From positions 46,698,464 to 46,762,463 of the forward strand of contig NC_043011.1 in NCBI RefSeq assembly GCF_006345805.1: a stretch of 64,000 nt of DNA, read 5' to 3'. Origin of the DNA: Octopus sinensis (lineage: Eukaryota). The notes below the pieces were generated by a model. That model saw nothing but the letters and a program-made list of their open reading frames with translations, was not told where the DNA came from and did no database searches. A program made the position numbers and the translations under genes. Positions 39,610 through 52,607 of the stretch are shown in pieces; position 1 is the stretch's first letter, and each line of letters opens with the position of its first letter.

Positions 39610-40354
39610 TATGTATATATACACATAATTATATAATATATATATGTGTATGTATATATATATATATGATATATATATGAATACAGACATATAAATACAT
39701 TCTTGTTTCCTCACTAAATGAAAATGCTTGGTTATAATGGTGAGAAAAAATAATGAAAATATCTTTAGAATAGAATTATTGAATAATAATAATCATTTAT
39801 AGCATAATAATTTTTAGTATGTTTATTAATATAATACCTTTCCCCTGAATAACAACAATTGTAGTCATAAATACTGCTAATAATAAAAAAAACAAAAACA
39901 TAATGGCTATTATGATGATGTTGGTAATGATGATGATGATCAAAATTAAATAAGACAGCAAAAGCAGGACAAAAAAATAATGGAGAATTATAAAAAGAAT
40001 AGCTAAGAATAAACTACTTTATCTGGTGTGAGTTTGAATGTTGATAGAATTGTGAAATGTTATTACACCATGATGGATTTTCTTATTTTCTAAATAAGCA
40101 AAAAATATTAGCGAGAGAGAGAGGGGGGGGGAGAGGGAGAGAGGGGTGTGATGGTGGTGGTGGGTATTAAAGAAGAAAAATACAAACAGCAACAAACAAA
40201 TAATTGCCAATAATTTTACAGCAGTTGCTTTGACTATCTCTAAGGAACTAAGTGCTAACACACACACAAACAAAATACACACACACACAAACATGCATAT
40301 ATGTACACAAAGTAGTATGAGTATGTACCTGTGTGTATGTGTTTGTGTGTGCAG

Positions 40355-40393
40355 ATGGATGGATCGATAGAAAGATAGATAGATAGATAGATC

Positions 40394-40425
<32 letters not shown>

Positions 40426-40465
40426 TAGATTGAGTGATAGATAGATAGATATATATAGATTGAGT

Positions 40466-40500
<35 letters not shown>

Positions 40501-40571
40501 GGATATAGATTGAGTGATAGATAGATAGATAGAGATAGATAGATAGATAGATAGATAGATATAGATTGAGT

Positions 40572-40603
<32 letters not shown>

Positions 40604-40604
40604 T

Positions 40605-40638
<34 letters not shown>

Positions 40639-40669
40639 TGATAGATAGATTGATAGATATAGATTGAGT

Positions 40670-40705
<36 letters not shown>

Positions 40706-40748
40706 TAGATTAAGTGATAGATAGATAGATAGATAGATAGATAGAGAC
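40355..40748. repeat. (GATA)n array with recurring atatagattgagt spacer
   Basis: Spacer occurs about 6 times. Confidence 0.9.
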
Positions 40749-40793
40749 ACAGACATATATTTGAAAAAAGTTTTCCTAAAATAAAAAATTATT

Positions 40794-40997
40794 AACGTAA
40801 GGGGTATCAGCCATCTGAATGTGGCTAGCCACTGGGGGGGGGGGTGTTACTGATGCTTTTAGCCCCAGGCGATCAATGTCATCGCCTGGGGCTAAAAGCA
40901 TCAGTAACCCCCCCCCCCAGTGGCTAGCCACATTCAGATGGCTGATACCCCTTACGTTGTCGAGCGGTTACTGTTTATATCTCGTTCAGAGATTTAT
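40794..40997 (+). mobile_element. Fold-back insert (HP6) with 14-bp TSD
   Basis: Near-perfect palindrome 40794-40958 plus ~40-bp tail; direct repeat taaaaaattattaa at 40782-40795 and 40998-41011. Confidence 0.8.
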
Positions 40998-41485
40998 TAA
41001 AAAATTATTAATTATATAAGAATATCTTATAAAACCCAGAATGACAGACATCTTTTGGAAAGAAGCATTCATGTTTAAGGACTTTTCCTGATTACAGCTT
41101 TTCAAACAGAAGTGTTATTGGGGAATAATGTATAAAGGAGAATCGGTTTTGGGAACAGAGTTTACTATTTCCTGTTTAGTTTCAGATTTAGAATTTGTAT
41201 AAAGTATTCTTCTGTTGCCTTTTGAAGTTGAGTAGCCATTGTAACGATTGACAAGACCCTTTATAAGGACATGGTCTTAGAACAAATGAATGACCAGCAT
41301 TTCTACAAAAACAAAAATAGGAACCAATATGCTGAAACAAACAATGAACAAGATTGGTAAATTAATGGACAAATTCAAAAAATAACTTCACAGAAAAGAA
41401 GTTGGATTACCCGATCAATTATGAGGTAAAAAAACAAATGACTTTTATGGATTACAGAAAATTCATAAATCTAAAGGATTTCAGT

Positions 41486-41713
41486 TTAACCCTTTAGTGT
41501 TCAGATTACTCTGTTAAATGTAATACTTTTTCACTCAAATTGTTTTGAATTTATCAAGCATTATCTCATAGCTTTGAGGTTTCAATGATGTGATTGTTTA
41601 TTTTTAGAATGGCATTGTTGGTTAGGTGTGAAAGGCTAGATATTGCCAGTTTGAATATAAAACATATAGAATATTTGGGCCAGATATGGCCGGTTTAAAC
41701 ACTAAAGGGTTAA
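41486..41713. mobile_element. piggyBac-type MITE (TTAA TSD, CCCTTTAG TIR)
   Basis: ttaa-ccctttagtgtt ... aacactaaaggg-ttaa; second copy at 58474-58697. Confidence 0.8.
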
Positions 41714-42001
41714 AGGGTCTCAGTATACTATATGTAAAAGATTCCCAAACTGTCTGATTTATAATTATGCTTAATTGTTGCAGGACCAAGATCAATTACC
41801 TAGTAATTAAGCAATTTTAATTGATATAATTTTGGAACAATTATATGAATGGTCCCCAGTTTCATCAAAGATGACATGAACTTCTTAGACCACATTCCTG
41901 AAAGAGTGAATATAGAGTTGAATCCTGGTTAGATTTGATGTGGCCAACCTCAACTCAAATATCCCCCATAGTTTAGGATTGGAAACAGTAGAATTCTAGA
42001 T

Positions 42002-42322
42002 GTGGAGGTGCAATGGCCCAGTGGTTAGGGCAGCAGACTTGTGGTAGGAGGATTGCAGTTTCGATTCCCAGACCGGGCGTTCAGTGTGTTTATTGAGCAA
42101 AACACCTAAAGCTCCACGAGGCTCTGGCAGGGTGGGGTGATGACCCCTGTTGTATTCTTTCACCCCAACTTGCTCTCACACTTTCTTCCTGTTTCTCGAG
42201 TAAAGCTGCAATGGACTGGCGTCCCGTCCAGCTGGGGACAACACATATGCCATAGAAACCAGGAAACCGGGCCCATGAGCCTGGCTAGGCTTGAAAAAGG
42301 GTGCATAAATAAAAAAATAAAA
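42002..42322 (+). mobile_element. tRNA-derived SINE-D with A-rich tail and 12-bp TSD
   Basis: tggcccagtggttaggg...gtttcgattcccag head; tggactggcgtcccgtccag core; TSD agaattctagat at 41990 and 42323; second copy at 63882. Confidence 0.88.
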
Positions 42323-43707
42323 AGAATTCTAGATAGACATATAACCACATAGAATATGAGAATTACGAATGGCACTAGAAAACAACCACTTCTTTGATAA
42401 TCAGTATTACCTTTAAGTAAAAAGGATAGCAATGATCACAGTATTTGCACCCACATTTGCAACACTAGTAATGGGTTTTTTTCAAGACAAAAATCTATGG
42501 TTATTCTAGGATTACCTTTGATCAACATTTCCAAACCTATGTAGAGGAAAACTGGAAATCATTCCTGGATGATTGCTTCATATTTTAGAACGGAAGTAAA
42601 GCAAACCTTACAAGATTCCTTGAATCAATTTATAGAATGCACGAATCTATCCACTTCACAATAGAAACGATTGAAAGGGAACTTAATTTTTTGGATATTC
42701 TAATAATTAAGGAAAAGGAGACTCTTTCAACTGATCTTTAGAGGGAGGACATCGAGTCACACCAATACTTAAATTTTAGATCTTGTCACCCATCCTGTAT
42801 AAAAAAGAATATCCTTTTAATCTAGCAAGATGTAGACTTTCAATAGCTACAGAGAAAAATAAATGAGAGAAGGCTAGAATTTCCTTTAAAAAAAACCTAA
42901 AATACATAGTAAATCATGCAATAACTGAGGTAAGAGAGATCCCAATTTCTATCTTAATGAGAAACCTTCACCATGGCAATGAAACTAAAAGCTTAAATAT
43001 TCCATTTGTATTGATACGTAATCCTTGAAACCATAGCATCTTACATTCAGCCAAACTATAACTTTCAATTTCACATCGTTCATCAAGACTCAGAATAATA
43101 TTTAAAGAATCACATATAATCAATAAGCAAAGATAATTATCAAGTCTTGAAAGACTCTTAAGAAAGGCAATATTCATATCAGAAACTGCAATAACGCAGT
43201 TGTGGGAAATGTAAAATAATTGAAAAGAGCAAAACCAAAAGTCTCAAAACTGGGAAGGAATTGAAGAATAATGCAAAATTGAACTGCAAAACAATAAATC
43301 TTATTCACTGTATCGCAAGTCCACAATGCAGTGAGAATTATATTGGCCCAACAGGATCCATCTGATTATAACAATTAGGATACATAAGCAACAAATCAAT
43401 GATTCATCTCTTAGTAATGTTTCATGTAGTGAATACGTAGACATTTGTGCAAGTGAAAAATTCAAAACATTCTCTTTTTTTCAAAATAAAGGAAGAAAAT
43501 GACTAACAATGAAATGCAAAAGAAGAATATTTTAAAAGAATTCTTAGCCAGTGGGGTGGGATAGTTGGAAGGCTAAAACAATGCAAAGTGCATTGTGACC
43601 AGCGATGTGTAGCAGCATTTGATAGCCTGGTCAGTCACTGTGATCACGGTGATATATATGTGCATTTATATATATACATATATTGGATAAGCTCTTAGAC
43701 AAAGCTA

Positions 43708-43745
<38 letters not shown>

Positions 43746-43786
43746 CACGTTTTTATACATTTATATATATATAGATATATATATTA

Positions 43787-44172
43787 CTCTTTTACTTGTT
43801 TCAACCATTTGACTGCGGCCATGCTGGAGCACCGCCTTTAGTCGAGCAAATTGACCCCAGGACTTATTTTTTGTAAGCCTAGTACTTATTCTATCAGTTT
43901 CTTTTGCCGAACTGCTAAGTTACGGGGATGCAAACACACCAGCATCAGTTGTCAAGTGATGTTGGGAGGACAAACACAGATGCACAAATATATACACACA
44001 CATTATATACATATACATATATACAACGAGCTTCTTTCACTTTCTGTCTACCAAATCCACCCACAGGCTTTGGTCAGCCCGAGGCTATTGTAGAAGACAC
44101 TTGCACAAGGTGCCACACAGTGGGAATGAACCCAGATCCATGTGGTTGGTAAGCAAGCTACTTACCACACAA
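43787..44172 (-). mobile_element. SINE-A
   Basis: Reverse complement of both halves. Confidence 0.88.
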
Positions 44173-44282
44173 CACGTTTTTATACACACACGCATATATA
44201 AATAGACACATGCATACTTATACATGTATGTATTTAAACATACAAACACGCACATAAATATGTATGTATGTATATATATATA

Positions 44283-44680
44283 CTAGCAGTATCGCCCGGC
44301 GTTGCTCGGGTTTGTAAGGGAAATAACTATATAAGCATTTTTAGAGAGTTATAGCCAAAAAATAGCAAAAAAATGCATTAAAAATGGAAAAAAAATGATG
44401 GTAAATTGTTTTAAAAATCGTTGACTCATCGTAGACATTTTTAGAGAGTTACTTCCCTTATATAATAGCGAAAAAAATGAATTAAAATGGAAAAAACGAT
44501 GGTAAATTTTTTTTTAAGTCGTAGACTCAGCGTAGACGCGCGTTAATACCCAGAAGGGCTCGATATGAATCACGACTATAAGATACCCGGTTTTGGTTAA
44601 ACTGCACCGCAAAATGTGGGAGTAGTTAGGAATCTAAATCGTAGGAGACAGACACACAACTTCTCTTTTATATATAAAGA
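44283..44680 (-). mobile_element. Non-autonomous Helitron
   Basis: Minus strand starts TC, ends hairpin cccgagcaacgccggg + CTAG, inserted between A and T without a TSD; internal ~100-bp tandem duplication. Confidence 0.8.
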
Positions 44681-45287
44681 TATATATATATATATATAAA
44701 ATGTAGTAAAATGTAAAATCTATTGTGGTATAATAATCACAATGAAATTGTGTTAAAATTAAACCACAAAACATATAAATACAATCGTATATATGCATTC
44801 TACTCTACACAGTATACAGCATTATGGTTTACTAAATTAAAATATACGGCAATACTTAAGTGTTTTAAGTTATGTAAACAGTGACATGCAATTAGATTAG
44901 TATATATACATAGTCATGTGTTTATGCTCAAAGATATAAGTATAGATAATTAAACCTACATTATACATTATGGAAAAAATATCGAATAAACATTTGCACA
45001 TATTATGAATATATTTAAGTGCTTATGAAGACTGATATTCTCAGGCTGACTGTCAGACAGAAGGCATACGCACTTATATACATAAATACATACATATACA
45101 TGCACACATACACACACACACACATATATATAGCATACATATATACATACACACACATATACATATATATATATATGCACACAAATATATATACATGTGT
45201 ATACGTACATCTATCTATCTATCTATCTATCTATCTATATATATATATATATACATATATATAAATATATATACTCACACACTTACA

Positions 45288-45365
<78 letters not shown>

Positions 45366-45390
45366 CTTAAATTTACATTTCTACATATAA

Positions 45391-45427
<37 letters not shown>

Positions 45428-46149
45428 CGCACATAAACACATTTATGCAAAAAATCACCCCTATATATACATTTAAACATCATTGAACATATATAAATAT
45501 ACCTAAGTACACAATCACACAAACACTCACACATTATATACACCCTATGTATAAAACATATGCCTTCATATAATGTACGTGTATCCATGCATGTGTGTGC
45601 ATATATAATAAATAAATAAAACCCCATAAATCACATTTTTTCTGAAAACATATAAATACATATATATATATAATAGAAATGTGGACCTCAGCAACCGTTT
45701 CAACTAATGACAATTGACAATTGCGAAAAAAACCATTCTGAGAATGCCAAAATTACTAAATCATTATTTATATTTACTTTATTATATTTGCATGTCTTTC
45801 ATCAATATTTTCTTTCTGCACTTTGTATTTTTCCCCCAAACATTATGCTTGCTGCTTGCTTCTGTTTATTTCACACATCAAAAACTCTATAAAATTGTGA
45901 TGAAGGAACCACGTAAAAGTACACATTGACTTAACACATTAGGACAAATCAGTTGTTTATAATGCGATTATTATTGGCAGGATTAGCAAAGCAGAAAACA
46001 ACATGTCTAGCAGTATTTAGTTATAGTTTTCTATTTCGTGAGTTCAAACCCTCATATAGTTGACTTTGTTTTTCATCTTACTTGCATTGATAAAATATTT
46101 ACCAGTCAAATACCAACATAATCCTATATTTGTTAACCTGAACCTATCA

Positions 46150-46525
46150 TCTTCATCATCATCATCATCACCGTTTAACGTCTGCTTTCTATGCTAGCAT
46201 GGGTTGGACGGTTTGAATGAGGGATGGCGAACCAGATGGCTGCACCAGGCTCCAGTCTTGATCTGGCAGAGTTTCTACAGCTGGATGCCCTTCCTAACGC
46301 CAACCACTCCGAGAGTGTAGTGGTTGCTTTTACGTGTCACCGGCATGAGGGCCAGTCAGGCGGTACTGGCAACAACCTCGCTCAAATCTTTTTACACATG
46401 CCAACGGCACAGGTGCCAGTAAGGCGATGCTGGTAACGATCCCGCTCGAATGGTGCCTCCTACATTCCACCAGCACGAAAGCCAGTTAGCCGCTCTGGCA
46501 ACGATCACGCTTGCATGGTGCTCTA
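46150..46525 (-). mobile_element. RTE-related non-autonomous element
   Basis: Homologous to 31353-31790; more units on the + strand at 46655-46780. Confidence 0.75.
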
Positions 46526-46874
46526 TGTTAAGAACTATTATTATTGCAAGCTAACAAAGACCTTCTATCTTCTCGTGCAGCAAGTCAGAAATGGTAGTCA
46601 AATCTCCCTTAAATCATACCTTGCTATCTTTAAAAAGAGAGTACACCCTGACTAATTCCTGTGCTGGTGGCACATAAGAAACACTATTTGAATGTGATCA
46701 ATGACAGGACCATGTGACTGGCTCCTGTGCTGGTGGCACGTAAAAAGCACCATCCAAACATGGTCGATGCCAGTACCCCTTGACAGTCATCTTGTAGAAT
46801 CAATACCTCTTGTGGCCTGCATGTCTCGTGGTTTATGTCTCATTGTCCATATATTTTGTGATCTAGATGGCATA

Positions 46875-47007
46875 CTTATTTCATCGACCCAGAGAGGATG
46901 AAAGGCAAAGTTGACCTCAGCAGTATTTTGAACCCAGAACACGAAGACAAGCAAAATACCACTAAACATTTCACCCAGCATGCTAAGGATTCTGCCAGCT
47001 TGTTACC

Positions 47008-47008
<1 letters not shown>
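46875..47008 (-). mobile_element. SINE-B, partial
   Basis: gatgaaaggcaaagttgacctc...ttctgccagct. Confidence 0.8.
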
Positions 47009-47060
<52 letters not shown>

Positions 47061-47061
<1 letters not shown>

Positions 47062-47592
47062 CTCTCATGGCTTCTGATCTTAACTGATTGGAAGTGTTAT
47101 CATGTACATTGTTTTGTCTTGGTTTAAAAGACGGGCTACAGCAAATATTCTGCTCAATACCACAGATTTGCTTGTCAGTTGTTTGACCGTAACCAGTTGA
47201 CCATGTCCATTAGTGGCTGACGATATGTGCATCTCTGATCACGAGCAGAAGTAGTGGAGGAACATCATAGCCATGTGCTGAGAGGGATTCTTTGGGGCTT
47301 GAATAATTCACCTCTGGAAACATGAGTGTTTCGTTCAACATCTTTAAACAATCCTTATTCAGGGACCTTTTGAGTAGGATGGGTTACTTGACCAGAAGAA
47401 AATTCTAACTGGGCCCCCACCTGCAAGGTCATGTGCTGTTTATCTTGATATGAGATCACCATGTCGTGCACATATGGCTGTGATGCATGTGCCTAGTGTG
47501 CACTTATCAGACAGGTAGTCATGATTAGTATACTGGGCTTCGTATATTTTACCCCAGAGTCACTTTGATGGTATGCACTGCTCTCTCACTCA
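47061..47592. mobile_element. ~520-bp AAT-flanked element, copy 2
   Basis: Homologous to 22711 and 53958; (AAT)n on both sides. Confidence 0.82.
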
Positions 47593-47616
47593 ATAATAAT
47601 AATAATAATAATAATA

Positions 47617-47654
<38 letters not shown>

Positions 47655-47739
47655 GAAGAAGAAGAAGAAGAAGAGAAGAAGAAGAAGAAGAAGAGTTGTG
47701 GTGGTGGTGGTGGCGGCAGTGGTGGCGGTGGTAGTGGTG

Positions 47740-47813
<74 letters not shown>

Positions 47814-48616
47814 CGTACTAAAAATAATAACATTCTTATAATAAAGGTGGGAAATTGTAGAAATGGAAGTATGGATGAAATAATTGCTGTATTTAGCTTA
47901 CATCCATTTGTGTTGAGTGTTCCAATTCCACCAGGATGTATTATTTACCTTTTATCTGAGTGCAATGTGTGTGTGGTGATGGTGGTGGCAAGAGCTAGGC
48001 TCAATGAAAACAGGTTGTTTCATCATTTCTTCATTTTTAAATGATATAACATCGATATATCTAACACCATTAGTGTTATGAAATGTCAAAGCATTTGATA
48101 GCTTGACAAGGCATCCCACTTTATATGGTAATACTGACAATCTAAACAATATAATACCAATAAGGTTATGAATGCTGCTACAGGGATTATGTGACTGAAG
48201 TATGGTCATGGGTTACTCGGTTACTGGTTAAGCTTTTTCTTCTTTTTCTTTTTCCGTTTTTGTTCAAATAAACAAACTAGATTTCTCAGCAGCAGATGAA
48301 ACAATCCATTAGAGCTCTGTTCAAATTCTATGTTGTTGATTATAAACATTTACTAGATTGATGTTTTTTTTTCTGGCTGTTTAACCCTAAGTCAAACTTG
48401 AACTAGCAGACCTATATTAATAAAAGGCATTCCTGTTATGATCTAACTTTCAGACAGAAGGCATCCAATGTTATATTAACTAATATGTTGCACTTAATTT
48501 TTAAGGTAGAAGGCTATGATTTCAGGGATATAGCTCCACCATTTTTAGAAAAAAAATCTCCATAATTTTATTTGCTGTTGTTTAGTTGCAAATTAACTTT
48601 GATTTAGTATATCTTA

Positions 48617-48846
48617 TTTCTTTACTGCCGACAACAGGATACACACAGAGAGGACAAATAAGGACAGACAAATGGATTAAGTAGATTATATTGACCCCAG
48701 TGCATAACTAGTACTTATTTAATTGACCCTGAAAGGATGGAAGGCAAGGTTGACCTCGGCGGAATTTGAATTCAGAACATAGTGGCAAACGAAATACTGC
48801 TAAATATTTTGCCCGGCATGCTAACGTTTCTGCCAGCTCGGCGCCT
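48617..48846 (-). mobile_element. SINE-B (tail type 1) nested in OLD repeat units
   Basis: Full SINE-B; OLD motifs at 48375-48545 and 48860-48965. Confidence 0.85.
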
Positions 48847-48973
48847 TATTTAGTATATCTGTGATCAACAATATTTCAACAGTGACTGTCCTCTCATTTT
48901 TTTCAGATGTATATTTTGGATTACATTATCCTATGAGTTCTCCTTTAATTAGGAAAGTAAGGTAGAATTCCTA

Positions 48974-49017
48974 TCTCCTGGACCATGGTTTCTAGCTAGA
49001 AACCATAGTCCAGGAGA
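48974..49017. repeat. 44-bp palindrome
   Basis: tctcctggaccatggtttctagctagaaaccatagtccaggaga (one mismatch). Confidence 0.8.
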
Positions 49018-49185
49018 AAGATGGTAAATGTTTTTATTTTTCATTCCCTTCGAAATTTATCCCTAATAGTTGTTTGGATTTTGGCTATTCCTTCTAGCAT
49101 GCTAGGTTTCTTATGTTGGTTACCTCGTATGTGTTTCAATGTACACTGTATTTATATGAATAATATAGATATATATATATAGTGA

Positions 49186-49520
49186 AGGTGCATGGCTCAG
49201 TGGTTAGAGCGGCGAGCTTGTGATCGTGAGGTTGTGAGTTCGAATCCCGGACTGGATTGCATGTTGTGTTCTTGAGCAAGACACTTTATTTCACGTTGCT
49301 CCAGTTCAATCAGCTGTAGAAATGAGTTGCGACGTCACTGATGCCAATCTGTATCGGCCTTTGCCTTTCCCTTGGATAACACTGGTGGCGTGGAGAGGGG
49401 AGGCCGGTATGCATGGGCGACTACTGGTCTTCCATAAAAACAACTTTGCTTGGACTTGTGCCTGGGAGGGTAACTTCCTAGGTGCAATCCCATGGTCAGT
49501 CATGACCGAAAGTGGTCTCC
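49186..49520 (+). mobile_element. SINE-C, full length
   Basis: A box tggctcagtgg, B box gagttcgaatcc, core gtgttcttgagcaagacacttt, RTE-like tail tgcaatcccatggtcagtcatgaccgaa. Confidence 0.88.
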
Positions 49521-50127
49521 GCGTATATATATGTATGTGTGTGTATATGTCTGTGAGTATGTTTTGTCCCTACAACATTGCTTGACAGTCTTATGAAGAA
49601 TAAGTCCTGGGGTCAGTTTGTTCAACTAAAGGTGGTGCTCCAGCATAATCACAGAAACAAGTAACAGAATAAAAGAATATGTATATATGTGTGTGTGTGT
49701 CTATATCTATGCGTGTGTGTGTGTGTGTCTATATCTATGTGTGTGTGTGTGTGTGTTTGTGTAAGTCGATATGTATTAGAGAAAGAGTGAAATGAGTAGA
49801 ATGAATGAGAGAATCGTTTTTTCAAAGGAAACATAATGAAAAAAAAAACACAAAAGAGAATTAGAAAATAGTACAAAGATAGATTTATGCACAATCTCAC
49901 ACTTAGACACACATCATACTTACACATGAAACAGCAGCATATATGCATATGTTCTACATAACATAATTGCAATTCCACCGAAAAACAAAGTATTTTCCCT
50001 GCTAAAGTGCCCAATAAATAATTAACGAGAAGTTGAAAAATTTAGATCAGTGAGAGTGTTTATGAGAAAACTTAGAACAAAGTTATTGATCTCAGTATAT
50101 ATTACACACATACTAACATACACTCAA

Positions 50128-50161
<34 letters not shown>

Positions 50162-50394
50162 ACATGTTTACATGTATGTATACACACACATACACACACA
50201 CACACATATACACATATATATGCATACATATAGACATAAATATATATATATATATACATATATGCATATATATCTACACATATATAAACATATATATATA
50301 TATTCATATACATATATATATGTACACACATATATACATATACATATACATATATATATGTACACACAAATATACATACATATATAAACATATA

Positions 50395-50434
<40 letters not shown>

Positions 50435-50624
50435 ATATAGATACATACATACATACATATATACATATATATATATTACACACTTGAATGTTCATTATTT
50501 ATTAAGGAAGAAAATGGAAAAAAAGAAAGGAAAAGTTAAGTTAAACGTGTCAAAAGTTGGTTGCATATAAGACCAAATGAAGTAAACTGGAATAGAATGA
50601 TAAAATAATACTAAATCTTGGAGG

Positions 50625-51118
50625 AAGGGGCCAGTCGATTAGATCAGTCCCCAGTATGCAACTGGTGCTTAATTTATCAACCCCAAATGGATGAAAGGCA
50701 AAATTGACCTTGGCAAAATTTTAACTCAGAGCATAGTGATGGGCTAAATGCCACTAAGCATTTCGTCCAACATGCTAAGGATTCTGACAGCTTTCCACCT
50801 TAAATGATAATGATAATAATAATAATCACAATAATAATAATAACAATAATAATAATAATAATAATGATAAGAAGAAGAAGAAGAACAATAATAATAATAA
50901 TAATCCTTTCTACTAGAAGCAAAAGGCCTCAAATTTTGGGGAAGAGATCAAGTGGATTACATCGACTCCAGTCTGTAACTGGTATTTATTTAATCAACCC
51001 TGAAAGGGTGAAAGGCAAAGTTGATTCCTGTGGAATTTGAATTCAGAGCATAGATGCTAACTAAATGCTACTAAGCATTTCACCTGGTTTACTAATGATT
51101 CTGTCAGCTCACCACCTT
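50625..51118 (-). mobile_element. Two SINE-B copies (50625-50800, 50906-51118; tail type 2) separated by (AAT)n
   Basis: gaaaggcaaa..tga core in both. Confidence 0.8.
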
Positions 51119-51184
51119 AATAATTATAATACTAGTGATGATGATGATGATGATAATATAATAATAATAATAATAATAATAATA

Positions 51185-51545
51185 GTAAGCAATGCTGGAT
51201 CATAGGTATAGAATGCCTAGCTGACAACAAGGTATGTGAGGAAAGAAAAGACGATAGATATGACAGGTTAGCTTGGGAGGTTAAGCAGTTGTGGTCGTTG
51301 AAAATGGTGGTAGTAGTACCAATAATTGTTGGAGCCCAGGGAACAGTGAGTAAAAATCTTGAGAAGTACATGGAATAAACAGGGGCTGCAATAAGGGTGG
51401 AGCATTTGCAGAAAACAGCACTGCTTGGAACCACATGAATACTCTGGATGGTGCTCGAAAAATAAGAGGTGTTATCTTAGTTCACTGGTAGTGAACAACT
51501 AACACCATAGTACATCTCCAGTGTCAGAAACTGTGCAAAGGCAAC
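51185..51545 (+). pseudogene. R4/Dong-type RLE C-terminal fragment + 3' UTR
   Basis: KQCWII...RYDRLAWEVKQLWSLKMVVVVPIIVGAQGTVSKNLEKY...LQKTALLGT; in (AAT)n. Confidence 0.8.
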
Positions 51546-51574
51546 AATAATAATAATGATGATAATAATAATAA

Positions 51575-52300
51575 TGAGATTGAAACTATAGACCACCTAA
51601 TCTCAGGATGTAGAGTCTTAGCACCTGTAGAATATAAAGCAAGACATGACAGAGTCAGTCAGTATTTACACGTGACAATATGTCAGCGTTATAAAAGGAA
51701 AACCGCTGACAAATGGTATAAACACCATCTTAGAGCTGTGATCGAGGGAGAAAATGTGCTGATTCTATGGGACTTCCCCGTACATACCGACAAAACTATA
51801 AAAGCTAATAAACCGGATATTATTATAAAAGATCAGACAAAAAAGGTGTGTTTATTAATTGACATGAGTATTCTTTGCAATCACAATATAGCGGCGAAAG
51901 AATTTGACAAAATCAGTAAATATAAAGACTTGCTAATAGAAATTGAAAAACTGTGGCATCTCAAGGTGACTAAAGTACCAGTGATTGTAGGATCTCTAGG
52001 AATGATAAAAAAAGGTACTGAAACCTATTTGAAAATGATACCAGGCTTACCATCCCTGCAGGAAGTGTAAACAATCGTGTTAACTAGAATGACTCATGTA
52101 CTGAGAAGAGCATTATCACTGTGAAAATAACATCCATTCATGAATTTATTTATTTATTAATTTTTTAAAAAATACATATTTTATCTGTGAATTTGCATGT
52201 ATAATCTGGGTATGCATTAAATGAGCTTCTCTACTCTAGGTGTACGGAAAACACATGGCAAGAAATGGAACAAAATTTGCAGAAAGAAGGAAAAAAAATA
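51575..52300 (+). pseudogene. R4/Dong-type 3' fragment (zinc knuckle remnant + RLE)
   Basis: ETIDHLISGC..LA..EYKARHD...ILWDFPVHTDKTIKANKPDIII...LLIDMSI...KISKYKDL; in (AAT)n. Confidence 0.88.
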
Positions 52301-52607
52301 ATAATGAGGTTACTTTCTTACAGAGAAAATCACAAATTTTGGGCTAGGGAACAGTCAATGATAATGACTCCTGTATTTGAGTTGCACTTTTACTTATTGA
52401 CTTCAAAAGACAAATTTGCCTGTTGCTTGATTTGAATTCAGCCTAATAAAGAACTGGACCAAATACTGCAAGACATTTCCTCTGCAGTTCTAACAATTCT
52501 TCCCAGCTAAGATCAATAATATTTAAAAATAATAATAATAACAATAATTTTAATAACGACAACTACTACAACAGTAATAACAGCAACAACAACAATAATA
52601 ATAAAAG

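Larger units (their letters stand above)
41300..43545 (+). pseudogene. Decayed Penelope-like retroelement ORF (reverse transcriptase + C-terminal GIY-YIG endonuclease)
   Basis: In order: SDL*LCLIVAGP, PSFIKDDMNFLDHIP, LVRFDVANLNSNIPH, WKSFLDDCFIF, HESIHFTIE...LNFLDILI, YLNFRSCHP, NCKTINLIHCIASPQCSENYIGPTG; many stops and frameshifts; interrupted by two inserts. Confidence 0.85.

Noticed and set aside
40019-40756. 245-aa ORF (SIYL repeats)
   Set aside because: Antisense reading of (GATA)n.
49186-49260. tRNA gene (also the heads at 42002, 32677 and others)
   Set aside because: A/B boxes are present but there is no complete cloverleaf or terminator; each continues into a SINE body.
49380-49520. 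HDV-like ribozyme in the SINE-C body
   Set aside because: P3/P1.1 pairings could not be formed around the tccacgc-like loop.
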